This document shows, in pieces, positions 8,277 through 17,214 of a stretch of 64,000 nt of DNA. Position numbers and translations under genes: made by a program. Below the pieces are notes generated by a model. The model made no database searches. It worked only from the letters and a program-made list of their open reading frames with translations, and was not told the DNA's origin. The DNA is from Lentisphaeria bacterium (GTDB taxonomy: Bacteria > Verrucomicrobiota > Lentisphaeria > Victivallales > UBA1829), in assembly GCA_017503375.1 (NCBI GenBank), contig JAFVTF010000071.1:3036-67035 (forward strand). The letters run 5' to 3'. Within the stretch, counting starts at the first letter, position 1; each line of letters opens with the position of its first letter.

Positions 8277-11200
8277 ATGCAGAAAACTCTTTTTGCTCTG
8301 TTGGCAGCAACGGCTGTCGGTGCATTCGGAAATACGATTTCCAATGAAACACTGCTGCGCTTTGCGCCCATGCCGAAGGCTCCTGCCATTGATGGAAAAA
8401 TCGGCTATGATGAATGGAAGTATGCTTCCACTACGTTCGGCGGGATTTCTCCGAAAACAAAGTTGATGACCCGCCGTCAGAATGATTTCCGGTTCGGATA
8501 TGACCAGAAGTATGTTTACTTCTCCATTACAAGCGAAATTCCTCTTCCGCCGCAGTCTCTTTCCGGCGATGATAAAGTGGAATTTCAGCTTCTGCCTCCC
8601 GGAAAAACAAAACCTGTTGTGATTGCCTTTGATATCAACCGGAAAGGAACCATTCCTGCCGGAACCATCATTGCTGACAGTATTGGTTACGCAACCATGA
8701 ATGCAGAACAGGGAAAATGCTGGATCGTTGAAGTTGCAATTCCTTATTCCGTTCTCGGTGTATCCGGATTCAAAGATGGCGAAAAATGGGGATTCCAGAT
8801 GATCCGCCACTGGTCCAGCCAGAAAGAAACCGGATATTTCCACCTTCCCAAAAAAGCCGGAGAAATGGCAACGTTCATTCCCGATACCAAAGCTCCGATC
8901 ATCAGTTTTGACGGCTTCGGTCTCCTGATGTATCAGGCAACCGGAAACTATAACTGGACTTACCGCATTGAAAATACGCAAAAGCAGAAAATCGGTGTTC
9001 ATTCCAACAGTTACCGTTCCGGTGTCAATGCTGCGGCAACTCTGGATATCAACAATCCGGATCTTTTCGGAAAAGAAGAAAAAGTTGCGATCGGTTACAG
9101 TCAGACGATCGAACCCGGAAAGACTGGTTTGTTCCAGCTGCACATGATGGCTCAGTTCCCTGGAAAACCCCGCTTGCTTTATTCTCTTCTGAAAGGATAT
9201 AACAATGTTGTCTATTATAAACGCACCATGTTCTGGGATGTCCTTCTTTCCCACAGAGCAGCTGTTTATAAAGATGAAAAAGGACTGCCTTATCTCAATG
9301 CCGGTTATTATCCTTCTTACGGAGAAAAACTCCGTGTGGCAGCTTCTTTCAATAAGAAATTGCCCATTGCTAATGTAACGATCACTGTCAGAAATTCCAA
9401 AGGAAAAGTGCTGCATACCTTTGCCAGATCCGGTTTCGGTCGTCCGTTGGAAGATTTTGAAGATCAGACAGTTCTCAAAAATCTTCCTCTGGATGATTAT
9501 ACTGTGACTATGGAATCCATGGATATGAACGGGAAGAAATATGTTCATGTGAGAACTTTCTCCATTGCCAAGTTCCCGTGGCAGGGATTGAATCTCGGGA
9601 AAGAACGGATCATTATTCCGCCGTTTAAACCTTTGAAAGTGGATAAGAAAAAGCAGGAAGTCCACGCATTGCTGACCGGTTATAAAATCGGCAGCGGTAT
9701 CTGGGATGCAATTTATGCCGATGGAGAAAATATTCTTGCGGCTCCCATTCAGTTTGTGCTTGATGGAAAGCCTGTTCCTGCAGGAAAAACCAAACTGATC
9801 TCTGCAGAAAAGGACCGCGTTGTTTATGAAACAACCGTCAAAAACGGAAAAGTCAAATTTATCCTGAATCAAGATTATGATTACGATGGATTCTGTAAAT
9901 TGACAACCAAAGTTGTTCCTGAAGGACCTGTCAAAATTTCTTCTTTCCAGTTGTTGATTCCCATGAAGGCCGAATATGCAAAATACTATTCTGCCCTTGG
10001 CTTCGGAAACAGGACTCGCGGACAGGGAAAACCAGATACGACCATTCCCGCAGGGCAAGGGGAACTCAAGTTGAATATCAATCAGCGGAAGGGTTTTATC
10101 CTGAATTATTTCTGGTTCGGGACTGCTTACAAAGGTTTCAGCTGGATCATTGACACCCAGAAAGGGTTCGCTCTTGACAAGAAAAAATACCCGCACCGTA
10201 TGGAACGGAAGGGAAATACAGTTCTCTTTATGCAGGACATTGTGAATATGCCGACCATTTGGGATAAACCGTGGGAATTCACGTTCGGCTTCTCACCCAC
10301 ACCTGTGAAACCCATCAATAAGAACTATCGCAGTCTTTCCACCTGGATGTATGACTATAAGCCTGCCAAAGGTTCTGACAAAGCCAATATGTCGATCCAG
10401 CAGCTGCCTCTTGGAGAGTATTATGATATTCAGGCGACACCTCCCGGGGGAGAAAGTTACTATCTGGACATTGTCAGAAACCGCGGCAGATTTGTTCCCC
10501 CGGCAGAACGCAAAAAAATGGCAGATGAGTACATTGCCAAACACAAAGACTGGATTCTGAAGTATGCACCGTTGGCAGATTTTGCTCTGCTTCGGAAAAT
10601 GTTTGAAGATCAGCGCGTTTGGGGGGATCATTACTTCCTTGTTTACAATGACCCTGCACATTATTCCTATCGCTGGAAAGAAGCTGAAATGTATAAGGCT
10701 GAGTGGCTTCCGTGGGATTATCCGGTAGATGATGCTCTGAACGAATATATCGCATGCAAAACACCGCAGTATATTGACAAAATGCTTTATGATATGCGGC
10801 GGTACGCCCGCTGGGGAATCGAAGGCATGAACTTTGACTGCTTCCCGCTGGGCGGCGGAAGAAATACCGTTTCCCGTGGAGCTTTCCGTGAAGAACCCGG
10901 TCCTGTGCCTTTGATTTACAATCACAATATGCTTCAGATCGTTCCTTACGGAATCGTCCCCTGCCGGGATCTTTTCGGCTGGCGTGAACTTACCAAGAGA
11001 ACTGCACACATGCTTTACACCGAAGGACGGCTTGTTCACGGGGTGCCCTGGGTGGAACTCCACTCCACAGATTCCGCAGTTCCGGCTGTTACCGCATTTT
11101 GTTCTACTGTGATTACAACCGAATGTGCATCTCATGGCGATCACTATTTTGATCGCTTCCCGGAAAGTTATGTGTTGAGCGATCTCGCCGGACTTCAGGC

Positions 11201-11663
11201 AGGAGTTATGCCCCGTCCCATCGTTTCAACCCGTTCTTCCAAACTGCCCCGTGCGGAGCAGGTCAAATCTCTGATCTCATGGTCCTTTGCCAACGGATTG
11301 ATGACACATTGTGACCAGGGCGTGCTGAGAGGACAGAAAGATTTCCAGGTCATGCGTGATGAAATCTTCAGTTTCGGTTTCGGCAGACCTCAGAACAAGA
11401 CCATTGCGTTCTATGACAAGGAAAAACAGCCCATCACCTGCAATGCCGCAAAAGTCCGCACAACTCAGGTGATCCGTCCGGATGGAAAAGCTCTTCTGAT
11501 GATCGGTAATACCGGAGATAAAGTCAAAGCCAAATTTGATCTTTCCGGTTTGAAGTATGGAAAATATAAAGTGACGGATGTCTTTACCGGAAAGGTTCTG
11601 ACAAGTACAGAAATTGAACTGCCCCGTCATGGTTATGCTCTTTGGAAGATCGAAAAGAACTGA
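8277..11663 (+). CDS. large secreted protein, paralog 2 of 3 (CBM9-like N-terminus plus uncharacterised region)
   Basis: 1128 aa, starting 23 nt after paralog 1. Signal-like start MQKTLFALLAATAVGAFG. It aligns end to end with paralogs 1 and 3, for example the shared YKAEWLPWDYPVDDA.NEYIA and GMNFDCFPLGGG. Confidence 0.85.
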   Translation: MQKTLFALLAATAVGAFGNTISNETLLRFAPMPKAPAIDGKIGYDEWKYASTTFGGISPKTKLMTRRQNDFRFGYDQKYVYFSITSEIPLPPQSLSGDDKVEFQLLPPGKTKPVVIAFDINRKGTIPAGTIIADSIGYATMNAEQGKCWIVEVAIPYSVLGVSGFKDGEKWGFQMIRHWSSQKETGYFHLPKKAGEMATFIPDTKAPIISFDGFGLLMYQATGNYNWTYRIENTQKQKIGVHSNSYRSGVNAAATLDINNPDLFGKEEKVAIGYSQTIEPGKTGLFQLHMMAQFPGKPRLLYSLLKGYNNVVYYKRTMFWDVLLSHRAAVYKDEKGLPYLNAGYYPSYGEKLRVAASFNKKLPIANVTITVRNSKGKVLHTFARSGFGRPLEDFEDQTVLKNLPLDDYTVTMESMDMNGKKYVHVRTFSIAKFPWQGLNLGKERIIIPPFKPLKVDKKKQEVHALLTGYKIGSGIWDAIYADGENILAAPIQFVLDGKPVPAGKTKLISAEKDRVVYETTVKNGKVKFILNQDYDYDGFCKLTTKVVPEGPVKISSFQLLIPMKAEYAKYYSALGFGNRTRGQGKPDTTIPAGQGELKLNINQRKGFILNYFWFGTAYKGFSWIIDTQKGFALDKKKYPHRMERKGNTVLFMQDIVNMPTIWDKPWEFTFGFSPTPVKPINKNYRSLSTWMYDYKPAKGSDKANMSIQQLPLGEYYDIQATPPGGESYYLDIVRNRGRFVPPAERKKMADEYIAKHKDWILKYAPLADFALLRKMFEDQRVWGDHYFLVYNDPAHYSYRWKEAEMYKAEWLPWDYPVDDALNEYIACKTPQYIDKMLYDMRRYARWGIEGMNFDCFPLGGGRNTVSRGAFREEPGPVPLIYNHNMLQIVPYGIVPCRDLFGWRELTKRTAHMLYTEGRLVHGVPWVELHSTDSAVPAVTAFCSTVITTECASHGDHYFDRFPESYVLSDLAGLQAGVMPRPIVSTRSSKLPRAEQVKSLISWSFANGLMTHCDQGVLRGQKDFQVMRDEIFSFGFGRPQNKTIAFYDKEKQPITCNAAKVRTTQVIRPDGKALLMIGNTGDKVKAKFDLSGLKYGKYKVTDVFTGKVLTSTEIELPRHGYALWKIEKN
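11352..11593 (+). repeat. near-identical 242-nt tract shared with 14928..15169 (inside paralogs 2 and 3)
   Basis: Aligning by hand gives 7 mismatches in 242 nt. A similarly protein-conserved segment (9361..9640 vs 12934..13213) gives 32 mismatches in 280 nt. Confidence 0.7.
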
Positions 11664-11737
11664 GGTTTTGTTTTATATACCGGAGTTTTTGACCGTTTAC
11701 TGAAAAAATGTAAAAAACTCCGGAAACAGAATTTATC

Positions 11738-11782
11738 ATATCTGTAAAAAAAATATATAATATTGCATTTTTTTACAGATAT
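11738..11782. repeat. perfect 15-bp AT-rich inverted repeat in the paralog 2/3 intergenic region
   Basis: The arm ATATCTGTAAAAAAA (11738..11752) pairs with TTTTTTTACAGATAT (11768..11782). The 15-nt loop contains TATATAAT. The repeat lies about 70 nt upstream of the 11850 start. Confidence 0.6.
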
Positions 11783-11849
11783 GGTTCTTGTTTTTCTCAG
11801 TATAATGGAGTATAATAACCGGGAATATTATTTTGAGGAGATTTCTCGA

Positions 11850-14800
11850 ATGAAAAAATGTATTTTTGCCGCATTTGCGGCAGTCATGAGCAGTGTCGTT
11901 GGAAACACACTTTCCGATGAGACATTGCTTCGTTTTGCACCGATGCCGAAAATCCCTGTAATTGATGGGAAAATTGGTTATGACGAATGGAAATATGCTT
12001 CCACTACGTTCGGCGGGATCTCTCCGAAAACAAAATTGATGACATTCCGTCAAAATGATTTCCGGTTCGGTTATGATGCAAAAAATGTTTATTTCTCCAT
12101 TACAAGTGAAATCCCTCTTGCGCCGCAGTCTCTTGATAAAGATGATTGTGTGGAGTTTCAGCTTTTGCCTCCGGGAAAAACAAAACCTTTTGTGATCCAA
12201 TATGATATTACCGGAAAAGGCCAAGTTCCTGCCGGGGCAAAATTGAAAAACTCTATCGGTTATGCAATCATGAATGCAGAGCAGGGGAAATGCTGGATTA
12301 CTGAAATTGCAATTCCTTATTCTGCTTTGGGCGTGACCGGATTCAAAGACGGGGAAAAATGGGGACTTCAGATGATCCGTCACTGGTCCAGTCAGAAGGA
12401 AACCGGATACTTCCATCTTCCGAAAAAAGCCGGGGAAATGGCAACCTTCATTCCTGACTCCCAGGCTCCGATTATCAGTTTTGACGGATTTGGACAGCTG
12501 ATGTATCAGAATGCCGGAAACTATATTTGGACCTACCGTGTTGAGAACACTCAGAAACACAAATTCGGAGTGATCTCAAAAAGTTACCGTGCAGGTGTGA
12601 GCGGTGCTGCAACCCTGGATATCAATAATCCGGACCTGCTTGGAACTTCTGTGAAAGCCGCAATCGGCGGAAATGCCATGGTCGAACCCGGGAAAACGCA
12701 TTTGTTCCAGCTGCACATGGTGGCCCAGTTTGCCGGAAAGCCCCGTCTGCTTTATTCTCATTTGAAAGGATACAACAATATTGATTATTATAAACGAGTC
12801 ATGTTCTGGGACACTTCCATTTCTCAGAGAGCTGCTGTTTATAAAGATGAGATCGGTTTGCCTTATCTCAACGCCGGTTATTATCCGAACTATGGAGAAT
12901 TGCTCCGTGTTTCTGCTTCATTCAACAAAAAACTGCCCATTGCAAATGTCACGATCACCGTGAGAAATTCCAAGGGGAAAGTCCTGCATACCTTTGCCCG
13001 TGCCGGTTTCGGACGTCCTGTGGAAGATTTTGAAGATCAGACTGTTCTGAAAAATCTCCCGGTTGATGATTATACCGTGACCATGGAATCCATGGATATG
13101 AAAGGGAAGAAATATTCTCATGTGAGAACGTTCTCCATTGCAAAGTTCCCGTGGCAGGGATTGAATCTCGGAAAGGAACGGATCATTATTCCGCCGTTCA
13201 AACCCTTGAAGCTGGATCAGAAAAAACAGGAAATCCATGCTCTCATGACCGGTTATAAGCTCGGCGGGAAGGGAATCTGGGATGCAGTTTATGCCGATGG
13301 CGAAAATATTCTTGCAGCTCCCATTCAGTTTGTTCTTGACGGAAAGCTGATTCCCGCCGGAAAACTGAAATTGATTGAATCTGCCAAAGACCGTATCATT
13401 TATGAATCTTCCGTTTCCTCCGGAAAAGTCAAATTCATTCTGAATCAGGAATATGATTATGACGGTTTCTGTAAACTGAATGTAAAAGTTATTCCTCAGG
13501 GACCTGTCAAAGTGAAATCATTTGAATTGCGTGTCCCCATGAAAGATGAATACGCAAAATATTATGCAACGATTCGCGGAAACCGTCCCCGCGCACAGGG
13601 AAAACCGGATACAACCATCCCGGCAGGGCAGGGCGTGCTTGATATCAAAGGTGCTTTGCAGGAAAAAGGACGGGTCATGAATTATTTCTGGTTCGGAACC
13701 ACTTACAAAGGTTTCAGCTGGATCATCGACACACAGAAAGGTTTCTCCATCGAAAAGACAAAATATCCTCACCGGATGGAACGCAAAGGAAAAACTGTCA
13801 CTTTCATTCAGGATATTGTGAATAAACAGACAATTTGGGATAAACCCTGGGAATTTACCTTCGGATTCTCTCCCACACCGGTGAAGCCCATAAACAAAAA
13901 TTACCGAACTCTTACCACATGGATGTATGATTATCCCAAAGCAAAAGGGTCTGATAAATGCAACATGCAAGTGGAACAGCTCCCGCTCGGAGATTATTAT
14001 GATGTTCAGGCAGTTCCCGATGGCGATGATTATTATTACAGACAGATCATTGCCAGCCGCGGAAAAGTTATTTCCGAAGCAGAACGGAATAAAATGGCGG
14101 ATGAGTACATCGCAAAGCATAAAGATTGGATTCTGAGAAATGCACCGCTGGCAGATTTCAGCCTGATCCGCAAGCTGTTCACCACCAAGCGTGCATGGGG
14201 CGATGATTATTTTCTGATGTATAACGATCCCGCATATTATTCCTACCGCTGGAAAGAAGCGGAAATGTACAAAGCAGAATGGCTTCCTTTTGATTATCCT
14301 GTGGATGATGCACTGAATGAATATGTTGCAAACAAAACACCGGAATATATTGATAAGATGCTTTATGAAATGCGCCGTTATGTCCGCTGGGGACTCGATG
14401 GCATGAACTTTGATTGTTTCCCGCTTGGCGGCGGAAGAAATATGATTTCCATGGGCGCATTCCGTGAAAAACCGGGCAGAGTACCTTTGATGTACAATCA
14501 CAATATGCTTCAGTTTGTGCCGGAAGGAATTATTTATGCCAGAAACTTCTTCGGCTGGCGCGAACTCACCAAACGCACAGCTCACATGCTTTACACCGAA
14601 GGGAAACTTATTCATGGAGTCCCATGGGTGGAACTTCACGCAACCGATGCCGCTGTTCCTGCAGTTGCCGCTTTCTGTTCTACTGTGATTACAATGGAAT
14701 GCGGTTCCATGGGCGGAAACTATTATGATCGCTTCCCCGACAGTTATGTGCTGAGTGATCTTGCCGGAACACAGGCTGGAGTTGTGCCCCGGACGATCGT

Positions 14801-15239
14801 TTCAACCCATTCTTCCAAACTTTCCCGCGCAGAACAGGTCAGATCTTTGATCAGCTGGTCCTTTGCCAACGGGATGCTGAATCATACAGATCAGGGCGTA
14901 TTGAAAAATCAGAAAGATTACCGCATTATGCGTGATGAAATCTTCAGTTTCGGTTTCGGCAGACCTCAGAACAAGACCATTGCGTTCTATGACAGGGAAA
15001 AACAGCCCATCACCTGCAATACCCCAAAAGTCCGCACAACTCAGGTGATTCGTCCGGATGGAAAAGCTCTTCTGATGATCGGTAATACCGGAGATAAAGT
15101 CAAAGCCAAATTTGATCTTTCCGGTTTGAAGTATGGCAAATATAAAGTGACGGATCTGTTTACCGGAAAAGAAATCGTAAAACCGGAAATTGAACTGCCC
15201 CGTCATGGCTATGCCCTTTGGAAAATAGAAAAACTTTAA
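11850..15239 (+). CDS. large secreted protein, paralog 3 of 3 (CBM9-like N-terminus plus uncharacterised region)
   Basis: I chose ATG 11850 (MKKCIFAAFAAVMSSVVG, with a GAGGAG RBS 9 nt upstream) over the track start 11763. That start would add 29 AT-rich non-homologous residues. The protein is very similar to paralog 2 throughout. Confidence 0.8.
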   Translation: MKKCIFAAFAAVMSSVVGNTLSDETLLRFAPMPKIPVIDGKIGYDEWKYASTTFGGISPKTKLMTFRQNDFRFGYDAKNVYFSITSEIPLAPQSLDKDDCVEFQLLPPGKTKPFVIQYDITGKGQVPAGAKLKNSIGYAIMNAEQGKCWITEIAIPYSALGVTGFKDGEKWGLQMIRHWSSQKETGYFHLPKKAGEMATFIPDSQAPIISFDGFGQLMYQNAGNYIWTYRVENTQKHKFGVISKSYRAGVSGAATLDINNPDLLGTSVKAAIGGNAMVEPGKTHLFQLHMVAQFAGKPRLLYSHLKGYNNIDYYKRVMFWDTSISQRAAVYKDEIGLPYLNAGYYPNYGELLRVSASFNKKLPIANVTITVRNSKGKVLHTFARAGFGRPVEDFEDQTVLKNLPVDDYTVTMESMDMKGKKYSHVRTFSIAKFPWQGLNLGKERIIIPPFKPLKLDQKKQEIHALMTGYKLGGKGIWDAVYADGENILAAPIQFVLDGKLIPAGKLKLIESAKDRIIYESSVSSGKVKFILNQEYDYDGFCKLNVKVIPQGPVKVKSFELRVPMKDEYAKYYATIRGNRPRAQGKPDTTIPAGQGVLDIKGALQEKGRVMNYFWFGTTYKGFSWIIDTQKGFSIEKTKYPHRMERKGKTVTFIQDIVNKQTIWDKPWEFTFGFSPTPVKPINKNYRTLTTWMYDYPKAKGSDKCNMQVEQLPLGDYYDVQAVPDGDDYYYRQIIASRGKVISEAERNKMADEYIAKHKDWILRNAPLADFSLIRKLFTTKRAWGDDYFLMYNDPAYYSYRWKEAEMYKAEWLPFDYPVDDALNEYVANKTPEYIDKMLYEMRRYVRWGLDGMNFDCFPLGGGRNMISMGAFREKPGRVPLMYNHNMLQFVPEGIIYARNFFGWRELTKRTAHMLYTEGKLIHGVPWVELHATDAAVPAVAAFCSTVITMECGSMGGNYYDRFPDSYVLSDLAGTQAGVVPRTIVSTHSSKLSRAEQVRSLISWSFANGMLNHTDQGVLKNQKDYRIMRDEIFSFGFGRPQNKTIAFYDREKQPITCNTPKVRTTQVIRPDGKALLMIGNTGDKVKAKFDLSGLKYGKYKVTDLFTGKEIVKPEIELPRHGYALWKIEKL
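14928..15169 (+). repeat. partner of the 11352..11593 near-identical tract
   Basis: See 11352..11593. Confidence 0.7.
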
Positions 15240-15269
15240 CATAAAGAACAAATAGAAAGGAACCGAAAA

Positions 15270-16046
15270 ATGAAAAAATCATTTTTGATCGCCGCAGCTG
15301 TTTTCGCCGCAAGTTTTGCCGGAGCCGCAGAATATCTTTTTGATTCACAGGCCGATTGTGAACTTCAATCCAGGAAAAAATTGGAATTCAAGAACGGCGC
15401 TCACGTCTTGAAAGGTGCTTGTCACTTCTGGACAACCAAGATGTTCAAACATGATCCTGCAAAGAAATATACCATTTCAGCAGAAATTATGACGGATTGC
15501 AAGGAAAAAGTTTCCGGATTGACATTTGGGCTTGTTTATTTCGATGACAAAGGAAGATTCATCCAAACCCGTGAATATCTGGTAGATCCCAAAGGATTCA
15601 CAGAACTTGCCAAGAAGATGGAACCCACTGACACCACAATTGTGATCAAGACCCCGGCAGGATTCAAGAAACACTCCGGCTGGCCCTATGTGCTTGCATT
15701 TGAAGCGAAAGATGATCTTTCCGATCTTCCGAATCCCAAGGTTACGACTAAAATCAAGAAAATGGATATTACGCCGGAGACCATTACTTTGACTCTTGAA
15801 AAACCGACTTTTGCTTCTTATCCTGCAGGAACTAAAGTCAGACTCCATTATTCACTTCAGTTCTATCATCCGGTAAATATCAATAGGTTCTATGAACATC
15901 CGACTGCCCAGTGGAGAAAGATCGGTGGAACCATCAAGATTCCCCGCGGTGTGAAAAATTTCAAACCTGCAGTGATCTATTATGACTGGAAAAAGAATAC
16001 CACCCGGTATGTCTATCTCCGCAACTTCAAGCTCATTGAGGAATAA
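15270..16046 (+). CDS. secreted hypothetical protein, possibly a CBM-like jelly-roll
   Basis: Signal peptide MKKSFLIAAAVFAASFAGAAE. The beta-rich sequence (HVLKGACHFWTTKMFKHDPAKKYTISAEIM...FGLVYFDDKGRFI) is reminiscent of CBM4/9-type modules. It starts 30 nt after paralog 3, with an AAAGGAA RBS. Confidence 0.65.
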   Translation: MKKSFLIAAAVFAASFAGAAEYLFDSQADCELQSRKKLEFKNGAHVLKGACHFWTTKMFKHDPAKKYTISAEIMTDCKEKVSGLTFGLVYFDDKGRFIQTREYLVDPKGFTELAKKMEPTDTTIVIKTPAGFKKHSGWPYVLAFEAKDDLSDLPNPKVTTKIKKMDITPETITLTLEKPTFASYPAGTKVRLHYSLQFYHPVNINRFYEHPTAQWRKIGGTIKIPRGVKNFKPAVIYYDWKKNTTRYVYLRNFKLIEE

Positions 16047-16053
16047 CTGAAAA

Positions 16054-17190
16054 ATGAAAAAGATCCAAACTGCTGTTTATTATTTCCCGAACTATCATGT
16101 GGATCCCCGGAATGAGGCCATTCATGGTACCGGGTGGACAGAATGGGAACTCATGAAGCTGGCACGCCCCCGTTTTGAGGGACATGATCAGCCGAAAGTT
16201 CCCGCCTGGGGATATGAAGATGAAGCAGACCCGCAGGTCATGGCAAAAAAAATCGATGTCGCCGTGGAACATGGTGTGGATGCTTTTGTTTTTGACTGGT
16301 ATTGGTATGAAGGTCCTTATCTGGAACGCTGCCTGAAGGAAGGATTCCTCGGCGCGCCCAATAATGACAAAATGAAATTTGCTCTCATGTGGGCAAATCA
16401 TGACTGGAAGAATTTTCATCCGGGCGGACGGGATACGAAAAATTATCCCATCAACTTCCCCTGGAGTGTCCGGAGAGAAACTGTCGGTTTTGTTTGGGAT
16501 TATATCATTGAAAACTTTATGACCAAACCCAATTACTGGCGTGTCGGTGGACTTCCTTATTTCTCCATTTACGCAGTCAACCGTTTTATCGGCCAGATGG
16601 GCGGCGTGGAGGCAACCGCAGAAGTTCTGGCAGATTTCCGTGCAAAAGCAGTCAAAGCCGGATTGCCCGGTATTCATATCGGCGGAATCTGGTTCGATGT
16701 GCTTGACAGTCATCCGGTTTACTCCGAGTGTCCTCAGGCAGACTGGGCAAACAAACTCGGCTTCTCAAGCTACACCAGCTACAATAACTGCTGTACAACC
16801 GATGAATGGTTCCGGGATTTTCCGAACATTGATTACGACAAAGCCGCAGAAGAGTATTATCAGATCGCCCGGAAGGCAATGACGACTCTTCCTGCACCGT
16901 ATCATCCGGTTGTGACTGCAGGTTGGGATTCCACCCCGCGCTGTATTCAGTCTGAAGTCTATGATAAGAAACCGGGTTATCCCTATCTCGATGTGATGCA
17001 GCCGACTCCCGAAAAATTCGGAAATGCTGTTGCTGAAACAGTGAAGATTTTGAAGCAGTATGCAGCCGATGATCCCATTTTCTTCATTAACGCATGGAAT
17101 GAATGGACCGAAGGCAGTTATCTTGAACCGGATACCCGGTTCGGAATGGCTGTTCTGGAAGCTTTGAAGAAAGAACTTTCCTTACAATAA
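16054..17190 (+). CDS. WbsX-family protein (Glyco_tran_WbsX / GH99-like fold)
   Basis: The N-terminus VYYFPNYHVDPRNEAIHGTGWTEWELMKLARPRFEGHDQPKVPAWGYEDEADPQVMAKKIDVAVEHGVDAFVFDWYWY is the characteristic WbsX-family signature. There is no signal peptide. Confidence 0.75.
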   Translation: MKKIQTAVYYFPNYHVDPRNEAIHGTGWTEWELMKLARPRFEGHDQPKVPAWGYEDEADPQVMAKKIDVAVEHGVDAFVFDWYWYEGPYLERCLKEGFLGAPNNDKMKFALMWANHDWKNFHPGGRDTKNYPINFPWSVRRETVGFVWDYIIENFMTKPNYWRVGGLPYFSIYAVNRFIGQMGGVEATAEVLADFRAKAVKAGLPGIHIGGIWFDVLDSHPVYSECPQADWANKLGFSSYTSYNNCCTTDEWFRDFPNIDYDKAAEEYYQIARKAMTTLPAPYHPVVTAGWDSTPRCIQSEVYDKKPGYPYLDVMQPTPEKFGNAVAETVKILKQYAADDPIFFINAWNEWTEGSYLEPDTRFGMAVLEALKKELSLQ

Positions 17191-17214
17191 AATTTACAGA
17201 AAAGAGGTTTTATT

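Noticed and set aside
8220-10196. Very long antisense ORFs in the track. The main ones are 8220..10196 (658 aa), 5344..6225, 6229..7236, 10293..11144, 11736..12560, 13518..14639, 28098..29441 and 43046..44095. Further ones are 45932..46981, 47955..49058, 50926..52404, 52485..53990, 54159..55031, 57090..58250 and 59728..60609.
   Set aside because: Each lies fully opposite a gene with strong family motifs. Those I checked are codon-aligned with the sense frame, so they stay open only because the sense strand avoids TTA/CTA/TCA. Their translations are low-complexity (rich in F/I/C/R/N) with no recognisable motifs or ribosome-binding sites.
11679-11722. The CCGGAGTTTTT...AAAAACTCCGG inverted repeat read as a rho-independent terminator after paralog 2.
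   Set aside because: The T-tract is part of the 5' arm instead of trailing the hairpin, on both strands, and the loop is 22 nt. It is kept only as an unexplained repeat (see findings).
11763-11849. The upstream start (11763) for paralog 3, which would add MHFFTDMVLVFLSIMEYNNREYYFEEISR.
   Set aside because: The extension is AT-rich, has no counterpart in paralogs 1 and 2, and overlaps the 15-bp palindrome. ATG 11850 has a GAGGAG RBS and yields a signal peptide aligned with the other copies.
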